Assembly (NCBI GenBank): GCA_002269645.1
Contig: NIVC01000350.1
Coordinates: 310,001-374,000 of the forward strand
Length of the DNA stretch: 64,000 nt
Source: Macrostomum lignano
Taxonomy: Eukaryota
Reading direction: 5' to 3'
Shown: positions 62,812-64,000 of the stretch, in pieces
Layout of the letters: each line of letters opens with the position of its first letter
How positions within the stretch are numbered: position 1 is the stretch's first letter
Made by a program: the position numbers and the translations under genes
The notes under the pieces: model-generated
What the model was told of the DNA's origin: nothing
Seen by the model: the letters and a program-made list of their open reading frames with translations, nothing else
Database searches by the model: none

Positions 62812-64000
62812 GGATTCTGAGATGCTGAGCACAGTTCTCATATTGGGATTCTTAGATTCTGAGCACAGTTCTCTTATTGGGATTCTTAGATTCTGAGCAC
62901 AGTTCTCTTATTGGGATTCTTAGATTCTGAGCACAGTTCTCATATTTTTGAGCACAGTTCTCATATTGGCATTCTTAGATTCCGAGCACAGTTCTCATAT
63001 TGGCATTCTTAGATTCTGAGCACAGTTCTCATATTGGCATTCTTAGATTCCGAGCACAGTTCTCTTATTGGGATTCTTAGATTCTGAGCACAGTTCTCTT
63101 ATTGGGATTCTTAGATTCTGAGCACAGTTCTCATATTTTTGAGCACAGTTCTCATATTGGCATTCTTAGATTCCGAGCACAGTTCTCATATTGGCATTCT
63201 TAGATTCTGAGCACAGTTCTCATATTGGCATTCTTAGATTCCGAGCACAGTTCTCTTATTGGCATTCTTAGATTCTGAGCACAGTTCTCATATTGGGATT
63301 CTTAGATTCTGAGCCCAGTTCTCATATTTCTGAGCACAGTTCTCATATTCGGATTCTTATATTCTGAGCACAGTTCTCATATTGGGATTCTTAGATTCTG
63401 AGCACAGTTCTCATATTGGGATTCTTAGATTCTGAGCCCAGTTCTCATATTTCTGAGCACAGTTCTCATATTCGGATTCTTATATTCTGAGCACAGTTCT
63501 CATATTGGGATTCTTAGATTCTGAGCACAGTTCTCATATTGGGATTCTTAGATTCTGAGCACAGTTCTCATATTGGGATTCTTAGATTCTGAGCACAGTT
63601 CTCATATTTCTGAGCACAGTTCTCATATTGGGATTCTTAGATTCTGAGCACAGTTCTCATATTAATATTCTTAAATTCTGAGCACAGTTCTCATATTCGG
63701 ATTCTTATATTCTGAGCACAATTCTCATATTGGGATTCTTAGATTCTGAGCACAGTTCTCATATTGGGATTCTTAGATTCTGAGCACAGTTCTCATATTT
63801 CTGAGCACAGTTCTCATATTGGGATTCTTAGATTCTGAGCACAGTTCTCATATTGGGATTCTTAAATTCTGAGCACAGTTCTCATATTTCTGAGCACAGT
63901 TCTCATATTGGGATTCTTAAATTCTGAGCACAGTTCTCATATTGGGATTCTTAGATTCTGAGCACAGTTCTCATATTTCTGAGCACAGTTCTCATATTGG
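62812..64000. repeat. 34-bp minisatellite with truncated variants of about 20 bp in SMCR8 intron 4
   Basis: TTCTGAGCACAGTTCTCATATTGGGATTCTTAGA, running to the window end. Confidence 0.95.

Overview
This is eukaryotic (animal) genomic DNA, with no prokaryotic operons, CRISPR arrays or rRNA. GC-rich exons encoding poly-A/Q/G tracts alternate with introns and spacers that are largely filled by tandem micro- and minisatellites. That style suggests a free-living flatworm such as Macrostomum (inference only). Most long ORFs in the supplied track are translations of these repeats and are spurious. Spliced genes reconstructed by hand with phase-consistent splice sites: NTAN1 (+, 662-2585); a small single-pass membrane protein (-, 6383-7817); a CCDC190-like coiled-coil gene (-, 18998-20544, apparent frameshift); two orphan coiled-coil genes (+, about 21967-22916 and 27766-28482); an hnRNP A1-family two-RRM gene (-, 31370-32797); a K+-dependent Na/Ca exchanger of the SLC24/NCKX family (-, 35033-43115); an intact ARM-TIR-SAM protein with the TIR catalytic Glu (-, 48320-53182); MBLAC2 with four frameshifts (-, 55558-56466); and the 5' part of SMCR8 (+, 60757 onward), which the ORF track misses. 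Non-autonomous DNA transposons are present, including a hAT MITE with an 8-bp TSD and an 823-bp TIR element with a 4-bp TSD. Other notable structures are a 254-bp-arm intronic inverted repeat, two sister satellite arrays in inverted orientation with a dispersed seed copy, and a tandem array of tRNA B-box motifs. Homology calls rest on recalled motifs, not database searches.
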